Assembly: GCA_049970055.1 (NCBI GenBank)
Contig: JBMFNR010000001.1
Span: forward strand, 544,001 to 608,000
DNA: 64,000 nucleotides
Reading direction: 5' to 3'
DNA from: Fervidobacterium sp.
GTDB taxonomy: Bacteria; Thermotogota; Thermotogae; Thermotogales; Fervidobacteriaceae
In this document: positions 14,494 to 25,552 of the stretch, piece after piece
Position numbering within the stretch: position 1 is the stretch's first letter
Layout of the letters: each line of letters begins with the position of its first letter
Made by a program: the position numbers and the translations under genes
The notes under the pieces: model-generated
Told to the model about the DNA's origin: nothing
Seen by the model: only the letters and a program-made list of their open reading frames with translations
Database searches by the model: none

Positions 14494-14988
14494 TTACTCT
14501 TCGACCTTGATTCCGGACATAAAAGGTTTTATAATCAAGTGTTTTACAGTGTTAAGGATGCCGTTGATAAAGAAATTATTGATCTCAGTTATATTACCGC
14601 GAACTTTTGGTTTTTCACCTTTGTAATTACATCCAACCATTTCCAAGTTACCTTCTATAATTCCACCGTTCCAAGTAATCGTGCTGCCGACGAGTTCAAC
14701 ATCACCTTTTACTGTTCCAGAAAGTACAAGTTCTCCAAATATAATCTGAAGGTTTCCATTCAAAATACCAAATATAGATGCTTTTCCATTAACGATTTCC
14801 AAATCTCCATCAAATTCTTCTTGTTCATTTAAAGTAAACTCTTTTCCGATTATACTTTTTTCTTTCTTATTGTTATACTTTTCTGCAGATTTTATAGTCA
14901 GAATAAGCTTTTCAGCATCATCTACTGATATTTCTCTTCTTGCAAGAGCTTCTAAAATGGAACGAATATCATTGGGAAGCTCACCCAT
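14494..14988 (-). CDS. SHOCT-like + bactofilin-like protein
   Basis: IRSILEALARREISVDDAEKLI followed by G-x-L/V-x-G repeats; RBS upstream of 14988. Confidence 0.7.
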   Translation of the reverse strand: MGELPNDIRSILEALARREISVDDAEKLILTIKSAEKYNNKKEKSIIGKEFTLNEQEEFDGDLEIVNGKASIFGILNGNLQIIFGELVLSGTVKGDVELVGSTITWNGGIIEGNLEMVGCNYKGEKPKVRGNITEINNFFINGILNTVKHLIIKPFMSGIKVEE

Positions 14989-15002
14989 ATTAGTCCCCCC
15001 TT

Positions 15003-15395
15003 TCATTTACCGGATTTCTCACCTTTTCGTTTTAATAAAGCTATTGCTTCCTCAACTGTAATTTTCTTTTCTTTTAAAAGTCTAAAAACATCTTCCCGAT
15101 CATTTTGCTCTTCATCAACCATTTCTTCAATAGGTGTAAGCCCCATCTTTTCAAGTACTTTGTCTAACCTCCCTCTAAGGGCAAAATAACCAATTCCAGT
15201 TAACCTTTCCATTTCCTTCAAATTTCCTTTTGTGCGCAAAAACATTATTATAAACTTAGTGTCTTCTTCGTCTAAGAAACAAAATTCTGGCACTTCAAAG
15301 TATCCACTAACTGATACTCCATCTTCGTCACACTTTAACTGAGTTACTTTCATTGGTTTACCACATACTGGGCAACGCGGTAACATTTTTGGCAT
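15003..15395 (-). CDS. DUF2089-family Zn-ribbon/HTH protein
   Basis: CPVCG...LKC, F-x-x-L-x-x-E-D-x-x-FI...KGNLKEMER and a C-terminal SHOCT-like motif. Confidence 0.85.
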   Translation of the reverse strand: MPKMLPRCPVCGKPMKVTQLKCDEDGVSVSGYFEVPEFCFLDEEDTKFIIMFLRTKGNLKEMERLTGIGYFALRGRLDKVLEKMGLTPIEEMVDEEQNDREDVFRLLKEKKITVEEAIALLKRKGEKSGK

Positions 15396-15413
15396 AATAT
15401 CACCTCCAAAATA

Positions 15414-15442
15414 ATTGTATCACTATCAAAAATTTTTGTCAA
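15414..15442 (-). promoter_or_regulatory. sigma70 promoter of the DUF2089 operon
   Basis: TTGACA-17 nt-TACAAT on the minus strand. Confidence 0.7.
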
Positions 15443-15623
15443 TATATACAAAATTTATTTTGTGCATTCAAAACGTTCTTATAAAAAAGGATATTTGAAA
15501 TTTCGCAAAAATATGATATAATTTATCGGTGTTTAAATATTCTGATGCTTGTCCTCTTTATATAAGCACAAGAAAAATTGTGCATTTTAGTTCACTTAAA
15601 TCGTATTTATTGGGGGGATTTAT

Positions 15624-15887
15624 GTGGCAAAGGAAAAGTTCAACCTTCAGGATAGGTTTTTGAATATTGTTAGAACGAAAAAGATTGAGGTAAAGGTTTA
15701 CTTGGTCAATGGCTTTCAAACAAAGGGGATAGTACGATCTTTCGATAATTTTACAGTTCTTATCGAAAGTGGCAAGCAGCAAACATTAATTTACAAGCAC
15801 GCTATCAGTACTATACTTCCATCAGAATACATAATGTTAATGAAGACAGAGGAAGAACAAGCAGAGCAAGAAAGTGAACACGAATAA
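15624..15887 (+). CDS. hfq: RNA chaperone Hfq
   Basis: NLQDRFLN, YLVNG and LIYKHAIST motifs. Confidence 0.97.
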   Translation: MAKEKFNLQDRFLNIVRTKKIEVKVYLVNGFQTKGIVRSFDNFTVLIESGKQQTLIYKHAISTILPSEYIMLMKTEEEQAEQESEHE

Positions 15888-15910
15888 TCAAAAGCACCTG
15901 TAAGAAGGGG

Positions 15911-17161
15911 ATGAATGCTTTAGAAAAAGCTTTATTGGTTGGTATTCAAAGTAATTTTAATAAAGAGGCATTTGAATCCTTGAATGAGCTTGAAGCGCTA
16001 TGTGAAACTCTTGGTTTGAGTGTTTTTGAAAAAATCGTTCAAAAAAGAGAAAAACCCGATACAGCAACTTACATCGGTAGTGGAAAATTGGAGAAGATAA
16101 AAGTTTACTGCCAAGAAAATGGTATTAGCTTACTTGTCTTTGATGATGAAATCACGCCTATTCAGCAAAGAAATATAGAAAAAATAACGAATTTGAAAGT
16201 ATTAGATAGGACGCAAGTAATTTTGGAGATATTTGCAAAGCACGCTCAGACAAAGGAAGGAAAGCTCCAAGTTGAAATGGCAAGACTTACATACATGTTG
16301 CCAAGGCTTAGAGGCAAAGGTAGAGAGCTTTCGAATCCAGGTGGTGGGATAGGTACAAGAGGACTTGGGGAAAAAATTCTTGAGCTTGATAAGAGGAAAA
16401 TAAGAGAGAGAATTAATCAATTGAAAAAAGAACTGGAAAAATTAAGGATTAACAGGCAAATCACAAGGAAGGCAAGATCCGAGAGTGGTTATTACGTATT
16501 TTCAATAGCTGGATACACGAATGCAGGTAAGAGCACGTTGCTTAGTGCTCTCTCAAATGAAAAAGATATACTCATATCCGATAAATTATTTGCAACGCTT
16601 AGTCCTACCGTTAGAAAGGTGAAATTACCTAATGGTAGATATTTTTTATTAAGTGACACAGTTGGATTCATCAAGAAATTGCCACACACATTAATAGAAG
16701 CATTTCACTCAACACTTGAAGAAATAACTTGCTCCAACGTAATAATACTACTTGTTGATATATGTGATCCAAGTTACAAAGAAAAAATAATTGCGTCTCA
16801 AAATGTACTTGAACAAATTGGTGTTATTGATAAACCGATCTTTTTAGTGTTCAATAAGATAGATTTGGTCCCTAATGAACATGTGGAAGCGATAAAATAT
16901 CAGTATCCGTCGGCTGTTTTTATATCCGCAAAGTCCAAGTTGGGTTTCGACACGCTTTATAAGAAGATTAAGGAATATATAGATCAAATGGATGTTTCAA
17001 AAAGGATCATTGTACCTTTAGATAAAATTGGAAATCTGATGAAGTATTCCGAATACTTGGAATGGGAGATTATTAGTCAAAATGGGTTTGAAGCGTTAGT
17101 TGATATGAAAGGACCAGAAAGTGTTGTTACAAAAATTGCCGATTCATTGTTCCAGATGTGA
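15911..17161 (+). CDS. hflX: GTPase HflX
   Basis: GYTNAGKS, LFATL, DTVGF and NKID motifs; follows hfq. Confidence 0.96.
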   Translation: MNALEKALLVGIQSNFNKEAFESLNELEALCETLGLSVFEKIVQKREKPDTATYIGSGKLEKIKVYCQENGISLLVFDDEITPIQQRNIEKITNLKVLDRTQVILEIFAKHAQTKEGKLQVEMARLTYMLPRLRGKGRELSNPGGGIGTRGLGEKILELDKRKIRERINQLKKELEKLRINRQITRKARSESGYYVFSIAGYTNAGKSTLLSALSNEKDILISDKLFATLSPTVRKVKLPNGRYFLLSDTVGFIKKLPHTLIEAFHSTLEEITCSNVIILLVDICDPSYKEKIIASQNVLEQIGVIDKPIFLVFNKIDLVPNEHVEAIKYQYPSAVFISAKSKLGFDTLYKKIKEYIDQMDVSKRIIVPLDKIGNLMKYSEYLEWEIISQNGFEALVDMKGPESVVTKIADSLFQM

Positions 17162-17182
17162 GTTAGAGTTACAAAAAGGAGT

Positions 17183-18181
17183 GTGGAAGGTATGTATGCT
17201 ATGGATAGATGTTTCAGGACATTATTTATCTGTTTTTCGATTCTTTTTTCGTACTCTATTTTTGGTTTATATTCCCTGCCAGTCGATAACTCTTACATCA
17301 CCGCAACATTTATGGAGTTTCGTTCAACAGGTAATGAACCACACTTTCATTCAGGTGTTGACTTCAGCACATTTTTAAAAGAGGGGATTCCCATTAAAGC
17401 TGTTGAAAGTGGTTATCTTACCCGCCTTGAGATAGATGAAGGAAGTATTTACGGAATGACCATTGTACTACAACATCCTGACGGTTTTAGAACTTTGTAC
17501 GCACATCTTTCTAAATTCTCTGATAAAATTGATAAAATTACTTCTATGCTTACATCGGAGTTTGGAAAGCAAAGGATTGTTGTAGAATTCTTCTCGAGTG
17601 ATTATAAGTTTGAGAAAGGTGAAGTAATTGGTTATTCGGGCAGTACGGGTGAGGCAGTAAAACCACATGCACATTTTGAAGTAAGAAGCAGTGATGAGAA
17701 AGTGATTTACGACCCTTTGAATTTTTTAGATAAAAGCCTGCTTAGACCTGTTCAGATGGGAATAATTTTGAGAAGCATCAGGATCGATGGTAAGGAATAT
17801 CCTTTTGTGAATGGTGGTACTTATTATTTTACCGGATCGTATCCAAAGATATCGGTGGAAGCGTACACAGAATTAGCAAAAAATTTACTCGGAATTAAAG
17901 AAATAAAGATGTACTTTTCAGATAACTTGGTGTATCATATAATACTTGATGAACTACCAATGGAAATGTGGAATAAACCATACGAAGTGTACGATGAAGG
18001 CACCGTTATGACAAGTTTAATTTATAAAGGTTTCTACAAGTTATACCAAGATAAGGATTTAAGTTTCGTAAAGAAAAACGCCGTTTCCAGTTATACGGGT
18101 AATTATTACAATGTGAAGCTGGAATTATCGGATAATTTTGGAAATTCGTCATCGTTTCAATTTTCTTTACAAAAGAGGTAG
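17183..18181 (+). CDS. M23 family metallopeptidase
   Basis: HSGVD, YAHL and PHAHFE motifs; hydrophobic N-terminus. Confidence 0.88.
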   Translation: MEGMYAMDRCFRTLFICFSILFSYSIFGLYSLPVDNSYITATFMEFRSTGNEPHFHSGVDFSTFLKEGIPIKAVESGYLTRLEIDEGSIYGMTIVLQHPDGFRTLYAHLSKFSDKIDKITSMLTSEFGKQRIVVEFFSSDYKFEKGEVIGYSGSTGEAVKPHAHFEVRSSDEKVIYDPLNFLDKSLLRPVQMGIILRSIRIDGKEYPFVNGGTYYFTGSYPKISVEAYTELAKNLLGIKEIKMYFSDNLVYHIILDELPMEMWNKPYEVYDEGTVMTSLIYKGFYKLYQDKDLSFVKKNAVSSYTGNYYNVKLELSDNFGNSSSFQFSLQKR

Positions 18182-18203
18182 TTACAAGTTAGAAGGTGGT
18201 TGC

Positions 18204-18533
18204 ATGTTATTCTTCAAAAAGCGTGAAAAAACAGAAGCAGAACTTGAAAGGAATCCATTTTATAAAGAAAAGAATGCGCTTGTTGTGTATCTAAAGTGCA
18301 ATAAATGTGGCGAGGTTTTTAGAAGTCATCTCAGGATTGGATACGATTTCATAATTAATTACGATGACAGGTCATCGCCTTATATGATCGAAAAGGTTTA
18401 TGTTGGTTCAAAATGTCCAAATAAAATCGAATTAAAAGCAAAATTCACTGGTGCTTATAAGCCAGTGAGTATCGAGATAGATGGTGGTAAGTTTATCTCA
18501 AAAGAAAGCTATGAAAGGGAGGCAGAGAGATGA
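18204..18533 (+). CDS. Hypothetical protein with CxxC...C
   Basis: RBS GAAGGTGG before ATG 18204; overlaps the metK start. Confidence 0.7.
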   Translation: MLFFKKREKTEAELERNPFYKEKNALVVYLKCNKCGEVFRSHLRIGYDFIINYDDRSSPYMIEKVYVGSKCPNKIELKAKFTGAYKPVSIEIDGGKFISKESYEREAER

Positions 18534-19720
18534 GGAGATTATTCACAAGTGAAAGTGTCACAGAAGGGCACCCAGATAAGATGGCTGATCAAATCAGTGA
18601 TGCCATCTTAGACGCGATCATTTCAGAGGATAGCAGAGCACGTGTTGCGGTTGAAACGCTTCTAACAACAGGTGTAGCAATTGTTGCAGGAGAGGTTACA
18701 ACAAAGGCGTATGTCGATGTACAAGACATCGTCAGGAAAACGGTTCTGGAAATAGGCTACACAAGAGCAAAGTATGGGTTTGACGGAGAGACGTGTGCTG
18801 TTCTTTCTTCGATTCATAGCCAGTCACCTGATATCGCACTTGGTGTCGACGAAGCTGCAGAATTCAAAGAAGGGGAAAAAGCCCAAGATGAAATTGAGAA
18901 GGTTGGAGCTGGTGACCAAGGAATGATGTTTGGCTACGCTACGAACGAAACGCAAGAGTTTATGCCATTACCAATTATGCTTGCACACAAGCTTGCAATG
19001 AAACTTGCTGAAGTTAGAAAAAGCGGGACAGTTCCATTCCTAAGGCCAGATGGAAAAACGCAAGTTACAGTCGAATACGACGAAAATGACAAACCAATTA
19101 GAGTTGATACTGTTCTAATATCGACGCAGCATGAACCTGATGTTACAATTCCTGAAATAAAAGAGGCACTCATAAAATACGTTATCGATCCCATCATTCC
19201 GGAGAATCTAAGAGATGATAAAATGAGGATATTTGTCAACCCGACGGGTAGATTTGTGCTCGGTGGTCCATCGGCTGATACAGGTTTAACTGGAAGAAAG
19301 ATAATTGTTGATACATACGGTGGTGCTATTCCACACGGTGGTGGTGCGTTCAGTGGAAAAGACCCAACGAAGGTGGATAGGTCAGCACACTATTTTGCTA
19401 GATACGTTGCCAAGAATGTCGTTGCGGCAGGTTTGGCGGATAAATTCATGATTCAAGTTGCATATGCAATAGGTGTTGCAAAACCTGTTTCTATAATGAT
19501 AAACACTTATGGAACAGCAAAAGTTGACGAGGAAAACCTTCTTAAAGTTATCACAGAACTTTTTGATTTCAGACCTGGAGCGATAATTAAAAAACTGGAT
19601 CTTTTGAGACCAATTTACAAAAAGACAGCTGCTTATGGTCACTTTGGTAGAAATGACCCAGATTTCACATGGGAAAAAACCGATATGGTTAGAGAGTTAA
19701 GAGCAGCCTTTAATATATGA
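18530..19720 (+). CDS. metK: S-adenosylmethionine synthetase
   Basis: [19 protein letters not shown] and GGGAFSGKD motifs. Confidence 0.98.
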   Translation: MRRLFTSESVTEGHPDKMADQISDAILDAIISEDSRARVAVETLLTTGVAIVAGEVTTKAYVDVQDIVRKTVLEIGYTRAKYGFDGETCAVLSSIHSQSPDIALGVDEAAEFKEGEKAQDEIEKVGAGDQGMMFGYATNETQEFMPLPIMLAHKLAMKLAEVRKSGTVPFLRPDGKTQVTVEYDENDKPIRVDTVLISTQHEPDVTIPEIKEALIKYVIDPIIPENLRDDKMRIFVNPTGRFVLGGPSADTGLTGRKIIVDTYGGAIPHGGGAFSGKDPTKVDRSAHYFARYVAKNVVAAGLADKFMIQVAYAIGVAKPVSIMINTYGTAKVDEENLLKVITELFDFRPGAIIKKLDLLRPIYKKTAAYGHFGRNDPDFTWEKTDMVRELRAAFNI

Positions 19721-19752
19721 TTAATGCATGAGAAAATGAGGAGGTAAATTGT

Positions 19753-20031
19753 ATGCCAAATAAAAAATCAGCGGAAAAAAGGGTAAGAGTGTCTGAAAAA
19801 AGAAGAATTCTCAATAAGGCTTATAAAACTAGCATGAAGAATAAAATAAAAGCTGTCCTAACAGCAATTGCAGAGAAGAAACCCGCTGAAGAGGTAAGAG
19901 AATTATTTAGAAAAGCCCAAAGTGCAATTGATAAAGCCGCGAGAAGTGGTGCAATTCACAAAAATCAAGCAAGCAGGAGGAAATCAAGATTAGCCGCCAA
20001 GGTAAAGGCTTACTTGGGCGTTGAAGAATAA
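19753..20031 (+). CDS. rpsT: 30S ribosomal protein S20
   Basis: [10 protein letters not shown]...[13 protein letters not shown]. Confidence 0.96.
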   Translation: MPNKKSAEKRVRVSEKRRILNKAYKTSMKNKIKAVLTAIAEKKPAEEVRELFRKAQSAIDKAARSGAIHKNQASRRKSRLAAKVKAYLGVEE

Positions 20032-20042
20032 GGGGTGTAATA

Positions 20043-20450
20043 ATGTCATTCTACTACGTCATGGAACTTGAGGTTAGTGAGCAGAGGGCAGATTATGCAC
20101 TGAAAAACTCCGAGCTTGTTGAGTTCATTAAATCAAAAGGTTGTCAAATATCGTACGATAAGGGAATACTGACTTTAAAATTTCCTGAGAATGAAGATCT
20201 CGATGAAGACGTAATGGAAGAAGTTCTTAAAGTGATCAAAGTACCTGTCAGTGCCAAAGAATACATTTTTGAAAATGGAAGTAAAATTGAGATTTTCTCA
20301 GGAAAGCTAGATCCTCAGCATCCACTGGGTCAAGCTAAGGAAGAGATTCAAGAAAGAACGATAGAAAGCATAGAAGAGGATGAATCGGACTTAAAATCTT
20401 CCTATGAAGAACTCTTAGATGATATTGAAGAGGAAGAAGAGGAAGAATAA
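20043..20450 (+). CDS. Acidic hypothetical protein
   Basis: RBS, operonic position and poly-Glu tail. Confidence 0.75.
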   Translation: MSFYYVMELEVSEQRADYALKNSELVEFIKSKGCQISYDKGILTLKFPENEDLDEDVMEEVLKVIKVPVSAKEYIFENGSKIEIFSGKLDPQHPLGQAKEEIQERTIESIEEDESDLKSSYEELLDDIEEEEEEE

Positions 20451-20480
20451 AGTCAAGGTTGTATAAATGATAAAAAATAT

Positions 20481-20516
20481 AAAAAACAACCCCCCTCCAA
20501 CAGTGGAGGGGGTTTT
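20481..20516. terminator. Bidirectional terminator
   Basis: CCCCCTCCA-ACAG-TGGAGGGGG hairpin flanked by A- and T-tracts. Confidence 0.8.
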
Positions 20517-20553
20517 GGTTTCCATTTTCTTATCTTTATCCATTCTCCTATTT

Positions 20554-22542
20554 TTAGAGCTTGAATTTCTTGACATACTCATTCAGTTCTTGCACAGCAT
20601 GTGCGAGCTCGTCTGAGTAATTCTTCACCTCGTTTATCTGCTCTGCTTGATTTGCTATCTGTGCAGCCATTTCTTCTATGTCATGTTCAACTTCTTGAAC
20701 ATTTTTCGTCACTCTGTCGATTGCAGCACTGACTTCTTCGGTGGCTCCACTTTGTTCTTCCGCTGTGGCTGCAAGGTCTGTTGTCATACGTGAGACTTCT
20801 TCGATTTTTTCAATCAACAACTTTAGACTTTCCCCAGCTTCTCTTACCGTTGTAACGTAACCATCTACTTTTTGGCTAACACCTGTTGTAACTTTTTCAA
20901 CTTTTCTTGCCTGCTCACCTATTTTTCCAAGTATTTCCGCAATTTTCTTTGTTGCTTGTCTACTTTCTTCCGCGAGCTTTCTAATCTCATCGGCAACAAC
21001 CGCAAAACCTCTACCTGCTTCTCCTGCTCTTGCAGCTTCAATTGCTGCGTTAAGTGCAAGCAGATTTGTTTGCTCTGCGATACTTGAGATAGTATCAACA
21101 ATCTCGCTTATTTGATTAGAGAATCTTGTTAGTTCAACTATTGCGGTGAGAGATTCTCCCATACCTGTTCTTATCTCTCCTACTGAATGCTCAACTTCAA
21201 TCATTCTGTTAGAGACAAGACTGACGTTTTCTCTCATTAATTCAGTACTTTGTGAGAGTTTTTCAGAGTACCTAGCGATATTTTGTGCACCGGCTGCTAT
21301 CTCTTCCATACCACTATTTGCCTCTTCGGTTGCAGCTGCGATATCCTGAACTTCAAGTGTTGTTTTTTGGACGGTGTTTTTTGATACTTGCGCAGCTTGC
21401 GCTGAGTTTTGAGCTAAATCATCTAGCATGAATGAGACAGAAGAAACTTGCGCACTAAGTTTCATAACTTCTCCAACAGTTTGTTTGAAGCTTTCGATTA
21501 ATAATTTGAATGCATGTCCAAGTTTTGCAATCTCGTCTTTTCCAAGTTTTGCTTCTTCAATGGTTGCAGTTAAATCATTTTCGGCTACTTTTTGAGCAAT
21601 CTCAACAACGTGTTCTATTCTTTTTGTTATTGTGTCCGTTAAGAATAGGGCAATTAGAGCAGCTCCAAGTGCGATAATTATACCTGCAAAAACTCCAGAC
21701 ATGATTATTTTATTAGCCGCTTGGGTAATTTCTGAGAAAGGAATTATACCTATGGCCGTCAAGTTGTAATTTCCGATCCGTTCAAACGCCGCGAATTTTT
21801 TACCATTGAATGTGTATACTATTGTACCTTTGGTTTTTGAAGTAATCTCCTGGGCAAGTGGCTTTGTTCCCTCTTCTTTAGACAGATCGAGCTTTCCGAC
21901 GTACTCAACTTTTGGATGAGCCACTGTCATCGTACCATAAGTCAATGCGACATAGCCCGCATCCCCGATCTTAATGCTACTAACAAGCTTTTGAAGACCA
22001 TCCAGTGGGTAAAGTCCTACAAGCGCACCTATAATGTTTTCACCAAAGTCGTAAACAGCGGCGCCAACAAGCATGTAATTCTTACCATTGTATTCATACG
22101 GCATGTATATATCTGTTTTCTTTTTGCCTGATAGGATGTTTTCTAAAACACCCGATGGAAATTTCTGATTGGTCAACCCTTCTTTTGAAACAACCCTCAT
22201 ATCAGGCAATACAACAAATACGTCTGCGTAGCCTTTTTGGTTCATACTACTATAGGCGTTTCTAACACCCCATCCAAGTTGACTAAGACCGAGCTCATCG
22301 TTTACGTTTGTCATATAGGGCGAAATGGCTCCGCTAAACGAATAATCGGCAAGTGGTTTAACAACTTCGTTCAGAAAAACTTCGATGTCTTTTTTCACAG
22401 ACTGTAGTACAAGTGACTGGATTTGACTTGATGCATCCTGTACAGCACCTGTCGAAACCAAGACAGAAACTAATACGCTCACAAACGATGATAAAACACC
22501 AACCAAAACCAATGATAAAATAAGCTTAACTCTCAGACTCAT
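20554..22542 (-). CDS. Methyl-accepting chemotaxis protein (Cache + HAMP)
   Basis: Two TM segments and [38 protein letters not shown] overlap with the hutH stop. Confidence 0.95.
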   Translation of the reverse strand: MSLRVKLILSLVLVGVLSSFVSVLVSVLVSTGAVQDASSQIQSLVLQSVKKDIEVFLNEVVKPLADYSFSGAISPYMTNVNDELGLSQLGWGVRNAYSSMNQKGYADVFVVLPDMRVVSKEGLTNQKFPSGVLENILSGKKKTDIYMPYEYNGKNYMLVGAAVYDFGENIIGALVGLYPLDGLQKLVSSIKIGDAGYVALTYGTMTVAHPKVEYVGKLDLSKEEGTKPLAQEITSKTKGTIVYTFNGKKFAAFERIGNYNLTAIGIIPFSEITQAANKIIMSGVFAGIIIALGAALIALFLTDTITKRIEHVVEIAQKVAENDLTATIEEAKLGKDEIAKLGHAFKLLIESFKQTVGEVMKLSAQVSSVSFMLDDLAQNSAQAAQVSKNTVQKTTLEVQDIAAATEEANSGMEEIAAGAQNIARYSEKLSQSTELMRENVSLVSNRMIEVEHSVGEIRTGMGESLTAIVELTRFSNQISEIVDTISSIAEQTNLLALNAAIEAARAGEAGRGFAVVADEIRKLAEESRQATKKIAEILGKIGEQARKVEKVTTGVSQKVDGYVTTVREAGESLKLLIEKIEEVSRMTTDLAATAEEQSGATEEVSAAIDRVTKNVQEVEHDIEEMAAQIANQAEQINEVKNYSDELAHAVQELNEYVKKFKL

Positions 22543-24008
22543 GAGAACACCTCCAAACATATCAGATTGTTCACTCTGTCAAATTCATCTCCAAAGAATT
22601 TATCTTGTTGAGCTTTCACATTTATTCTACCACAAAATTCTTCTATTTTAACAGAGCTTTTCAAAGGCCTTCGAAAAGAGAGAGCAGCACTTCCCAGCAT
22701 GGCTTCTATTGAAATTAAGGTAAGTATATTCTCGTAGATTTTTTTGAGCTTTCTTACCGCATTAGCTCCCATACTAACATGATCTTCCTGGTAAGCGGAA
22801 GTAGGTATCGTATCAGAGCTTGCAGGATGCGAAAGGATCTTATTTTCGTTGCAGAGAGCAGCGGCTGTGTATTGCCAGATCATATACCCACTGTTTAAAC
22901 CTTCTTCTCCACCAGCTAAGAATGGGGGTAACCCCTCATTTACCTTAGGATTTACGAGTCTATCTATCCTTCTTTCGATCATATTACCCATTGACGTAAG
23001 TGCAATTGCAAGGTAATCTGCACATAACGCAAGTGGCTCTCCGTGAAAGTTGCCACCACTGACAATACCGTCTTCAAAGACAAGAGGATTATCTGTCGCA
23101 GAGTTTATTTCCCTCTCTACCACACTTTTAACCCATTGAATTGTATCGTAAACAGCTCCGTAAACTTGTGGTATAGTTCTTAAAGTGTACGCATCTTGCA
23201 CTTTCGAGCAATTTTCGTGACTTTTTCGTAATTCACTTCCCTCAAGATATTCTCTCAACCATTGGGAAATGACGATCTGACCGGGGTGAGGCCTTACTAA
23301 CTGTATTCTTTCATCGAAAGCAGCAGGTGTTCCAAGTAAAACGTCGACTGAAAGTGCAGCAACAAGCGTAGCAACCTTCATTAATTTCTCAAGGTCCCTT
23401 ACAATTAGTGATAGATGTGCAGCCATGAATTGGGTACCGTTTATAAGGCTAAGTCCTTCCTTTTCTTCAAGTTCAATGGGGGTAAAATCTATCTCAGATA
23501 TACTAACAACACGCCCATTGTAAAGTACTTTGCCCTCGCCTATTATAGTCATAGCTAGGTGTGCAAGAGGTGCCAAATCACCACTTGCACCAACGGAACC
23601 TTTTTCCGGAACCAGTGGCGTAATTCTCTTGTTAAGAAGTTCAATTAGCTTTTCGACAACCACGGGCCTTACTCCACTGTAGCCCTTTGCAAGGGCATTT
23701 GCCCTTATCAAGATCATCGCCCTAACGATATCTTCTGGAAGACACTCTCCAACACCAGCGGAATGCGAAAGTACGATGTTTTTTTGAAGTTCTTTTAATT
23801 TATCTTTTGATATTTTAACATTAGCTAAAGCTCCAAAACCTGTGTTTACACCGTAAACAGGCACGTCCTTTTCAATGATTTTCTCTATAACCAAACGACT
23901 TCTTTGTATCTTTTTGTAAGCTTCAGAAGAAAGTGAGACGTCTTCGTAATTCCTGCTCACTTTGTGAACATCTTCTAATGTTAAATGTTCACCGTCAAGA
24001 ACAATCAT
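22539..24008 (-). CDS. hutH: Histidine ammonia-lyase
   Basis: [27 protein letters not shown] (MIO), QDAYTLR and QEDHVSM motifs. Confidence 0.95.
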   Translation of the reverse strand: MIVLDGEHLTLEDVHKVSRNYEDVSLSSEAYKKIQRSRLVIEKIIEKDVPVYGVNTGFGALANVKISKDKLKELQKNIVLSHSAGVGECLPEDIVRAMILIRANALAKGYSGVRPVVVEKLIELLNKRITPLVPEKGSVGASGDLAPLAHLAMTIIGEGKVLYNGRVVSISEIDFTPIELEEKEGLSLINGTQFMAAHLSLIVRDLEKLMKVATLVAALSVDVLLGTPAAFDERIQLVRPHPGQIVISQWLREYLEGSELRKSHENCSKVQDAYTLRTIPQVYGAVYDTIQWVKSVVEREINSATDNPLVFEDGIVSGGNFHGEPLALCADYLAIALTSMGNMIERRIDRLVNPKVNEGLPPFLAGGEEGLNSGYMIWQYTAAALCNENKILSHPASSDTIPTSAYQEDHVSMGANAVRKLKKIYENILTLISIEAMLGSAALSFRRPLKSSVKIEEFCGRINVKAQQDKFFGDEFDRVNNLICLEVFS

Positions 24009-24529
24009 AGTTCGCTCCCCTTTATCCTCTTGATGTGTGTACCTTCAATAAATCTTGCCATTATATAGAGTAAATCAGAAATTCTATTGAGGTATTTTAT
24101 CAACTCACCTCTGACTTCTTCCGTATTAGATAATTTGACAACGAGCCTTTCTGCTCTTCTAGCTATTGTTCGACACACATCCAAATGTGCACTTGCAATA
24201 GTCTCACCAGGTACGACAAAAGAGTTCAACTGTACTTTAGCTTCGTATTCGTGAATATAGTTAGTTAGCCTTTCAATATCGCTTTCGTCGATCAACTTCA
24301 CGTACTTATCACCTTTTGCAAGCTCGGCTGCAACTCGGAAAAGATCCTTTTGAACAGATTCAACGAGTTCTCGTTCGTAATCTGGCAGATAGTGTTTTGA
24401 AAGTCCCAAAAACGAATTGAGTTCATCAACGGTACCGTACGATTCCACACGTATGTTATCTTTTCTAACTCGTTCACCATTTGCCAAACTTGTCTCGCCG
24501 TTATCTCCTGTTTTTGTTGTAATGGACAT
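24005..24529 (-). CDS. PduO-type corrinoid adenosyltransferase
   Basis: TKTGD-x-G-x-T, YGTVDELNS, RTIARRAER and YLNRISD motifs. Confidence 0.93.
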   Translation of the reverse strand: MSITTKTGDNGETSLANGERVRKDNIRVESYGTVDELNSFLGLSKHYLPDYERELVESVQKDLFRVAAELAKGDKYVKLIDESDIERLTNYIHEYEAKVQLNSFVVPGETIASAHLDVCRTIARRAERLVVKLSNTEEVRGELIKYLNRISDLLYIMARFIEGTHIKRIKGSEL

Positions 24530-24669
24530 TTATTTACCTCCTTTGATTTCGATGTAATTCTATTTTAATACAAAACCCACAAAATCACAAAATCGAAAAA
24601 CTCCTGTTTTATCAAGATCTACTCAGTATTCGTGTCCATTCATTTTATTATTTTTTTATTGGCACTATA

Positions 24670-25185
24670 TCAAAATAATTTCCCGTATATAACAACATTC
24701 TCGAGAGTATTTCCATTCCTGAGATACCTGCGTAAGGTCCCTTCGAGTTCGAAACCAAACTTTTCCAAAATTTTTCTTACCGCCCAATTTGCTTCAGCAG
24801 TTTCGCCTTGAAGTCTTTTAGCCCCATTACCCTTTGCCCAGTTGACAGCAATTTCGCAAAGCTTTGTTCCAATTCCTTTATTCCTATGTTCCCTCACTAT
24901 TTCCATTCCAAATTCTGCAACATGCGATGTTTTAACCTTATTATCCAAAAACCAACACCAAAGTTGCCCCACGATTTCACCATTGTGTTCTACAACAAGA
25001 AATAGCCTTTTAGGGTTCTCTTTCCAAGACTTAATCCAAGAATTAATACCGTCTAATGTGATTTCTTCTGCTGTTGATAATACCAAATTGCTTTCTGAGC
25101 ACACTTTCTTTCGCATTTCGTAAACTCTCTGTGCATCCTCAAGCTCTGCATCCCTAATCAGATATTCACCAAATTCGTACCTCAT
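24670..25185 (-). CDS. GNAT N-acetyltransferase
   Basis: HRNKGIGT motif A and N-x-x-x-x-x-x-x-EKFGF. Confidence 0.88.
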   Translation of the reverse strand: MRYEFGEYLIRDAELEDAQRVYEMRKKVCSESNLVLSTAEEITLDGINSWIKSWKENPKRLFLVVEHNGEIVGQLWCWFLDNKVKTSHVAEFGMEIVREHRNKGIGTKLCEIAVNWAKGNGAKRLQGETAEANWAVRKILEKFGFELEGTLRRYLRNGNTLENVVIYGKLF

Positions 25186-25212
25186 AGTATCCCCCCAATT
25201 TGTTTACATTAT

Positions 25213-25246
25213 AAAATAAACCCCCAACGTATTTAAAGCGTTGGGG
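25213..25246 (-). terminator. Intrinsic terminator
   Basis: CCCCAACG...CGTTGGGG hairpin with a T-rich tail on the minus strand. Confidence 0.65.
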
Positions 25247-25270
25247 CGTGTTATTTTACGTAAGTAAATC

Positions 25271-25552
25271 TCAATCTGCGCTGCCATTGTTTGGTCTGAG
25301 TTGGAGTATTTCTAATTTTACCATCGATTTTGCACTTTCTAATAACCTTATCGCATCTACCACGGTATCTTTTGTTGCAATCACTCTCAAAAATTTACCT
25401 TCGAAGCTCCTTATATTCATAATGTTGTCTTCCGCTTCTAGTAAATAATTAAGAATGTGAACATCTTCCTTATTTATATCAACGAGAATATCGTATTCTA
25501 GTATATCGGGCGTATCAGATGCATCAAATTTATCAATATTATTCTTACTCAC
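25271..25552 (-). CDS. Hypothetical protein (DUF4911-like)
   Basis: DVHILNYLLEAED pattern; overlaps the upstream gene. Confidence 0.65.
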   Translation of the reverse strand: MSKNNIDKFDASDTPDILEYDILVDINKEDVHILNYLLEAEDNIMNIRSFEGKFLRVIATKDTVVDAIRLLESAKSMVKLEILQLRPNNGSAD

